Position numbers and translations under genes: made by a program
Notes under the pieces: generated by a model
Seen by the model: the letters and a program-made list of their open reading frames with translations, nothing else
Databases searched by the model: none
What the model was told of the DNA's origin: nothing
NCBI RefSeq assembly: GCF_018977255.1
Contig: NW_024704742.1
Coordinates: 31,064,001-31,128,000 of the forward strand
Source of the DNA: Callorhinchus milii
Lineage: Eukaryota
DNA: 64,000 bases
Reading direction: 5' to 3'
In this document: positions 63,217 through 64,000 of the stretch, in pieces
How the letters are laid out: each line of letters opens with the position of its first letter
Position numbering within the stretch: position 1 is the stretch's first letter

Positions 63217-63537
63217 TATAATAATAATCCTTGCATTTGATATAGCGCTTTTCACGTCTTCTAGATGTCTCAAAGCGCTTCACAGAATATACTGTAAAGT
63301 GAATTGACCGCATACTTTGTGGGCGAAACACAGCAGCCATTTGCGCACAGCAGTGTCCCACAAACAGTCATGGATTGAAGTGACCAATCTATTATTTATT
63401 TATTTATTTTTCCTAGAGGGATTATCATCAGGTGTGTGGAGTAAGGAAACTTGCCAAGGTTTCACCTTGCCAGGAATCGAACCCAGGTCTCTCGCTTGCA
63501 AAGTGAGTGCTCTAACCACTGAGCTACAGGACTCCAC
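63217..63537 (-). mobile_element. tRNA-derived SINE, young-looking copy
   Basis: Reverse complement reads ggagtcctgtagctcagtggttagagcactcactttgcaagcgagagacctgggttcgattcc (A box, TGC anticodon-like loop, B box), then the SINE body and (att)n tail. Confidence 0.92.
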
Positions 63538-64000
63538 TGTAATACCCATTGTGGTCCCCTACTGTGACGCTGGTTGAGATAACTTCATTCAGACTGAGAG
63601 TGAATCTGCTACTTTCTGGTCTGTACGGCCTTAGTACTACATGAGATGCCTTTAACCAACAACAACAACTTGAATTTATATAACGCCCTTCACGCGGGGT
63701 AGCATCCCGTTGCGCTTGTGTATTATAACCAATCACAATACACACACACACCATTGGCCATTGTAATGGTTGCAAAGTTTTGGAACAGTTGTTACAAAAG
63801 ATCTGGAAAAGGTACATTACATGCGTCCAACATCCTAGTTAAAAACAGATATAATATATCCTCAAATAATGGAGACAAATGACAATGATAGTCCTGAGAG
63901 CACAGAGGCATATTCTTAGTAATCAGCTTTTTACCACTAGCTGTCTTTAAGAATTGCAATCATTTGTATAGCGCCTTTCACGTCGGAGGACGTCCCAAGG

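Noticed and set aside
63465..63537. tRNA-Ala gene (also at 35602, 32425, 4882)
   Set aside because: The tRNA-like sequence continues directly into a SINE body and tail and lacks a proper acceptor stem and terminator

Overview
Vertebrate nuclear DNA, probably from a cartilaginous fish (inferred from the SacSINE1/DeuSINE-like, L2 and CR1 repeat content). Three protein-coding genes lie head-to-tail on the minus strand. (1) The 3' part of HELQ: 16 coding exons at 62867-40585, matching human exons 3-18; the 5' exons lie beyond the window. (2) A complete heparanase gene HPSE: 12 coding exons at 29964-8242, 1674 nt, 557 aa, with both catalytic glutamates intact. (3) A probable first coding exon of FNTA at 823-708. 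Exons were assembled by hand from GT-AG sites and all phases are consistent. The rest is L2 and CR1 LINE fragments, two tRNA-derived SINE families, Tc1/mariner-type MITEs, palindromic repeats and mini/microsatellites. I found no convincing novel multi-gene system. The most unusual items are a 1-kb CACTAAC minisatellite abutting the putative FNTA start codon, a 39-nt locally templated insertion with a 16-bp duplication, changes in heparanase heparin-binding and Cys content, CpG-retaining repeat copies at the HPSE promoter, and several strong hairpins. All homology calls are from recalled sequence knowledge, not database searches.
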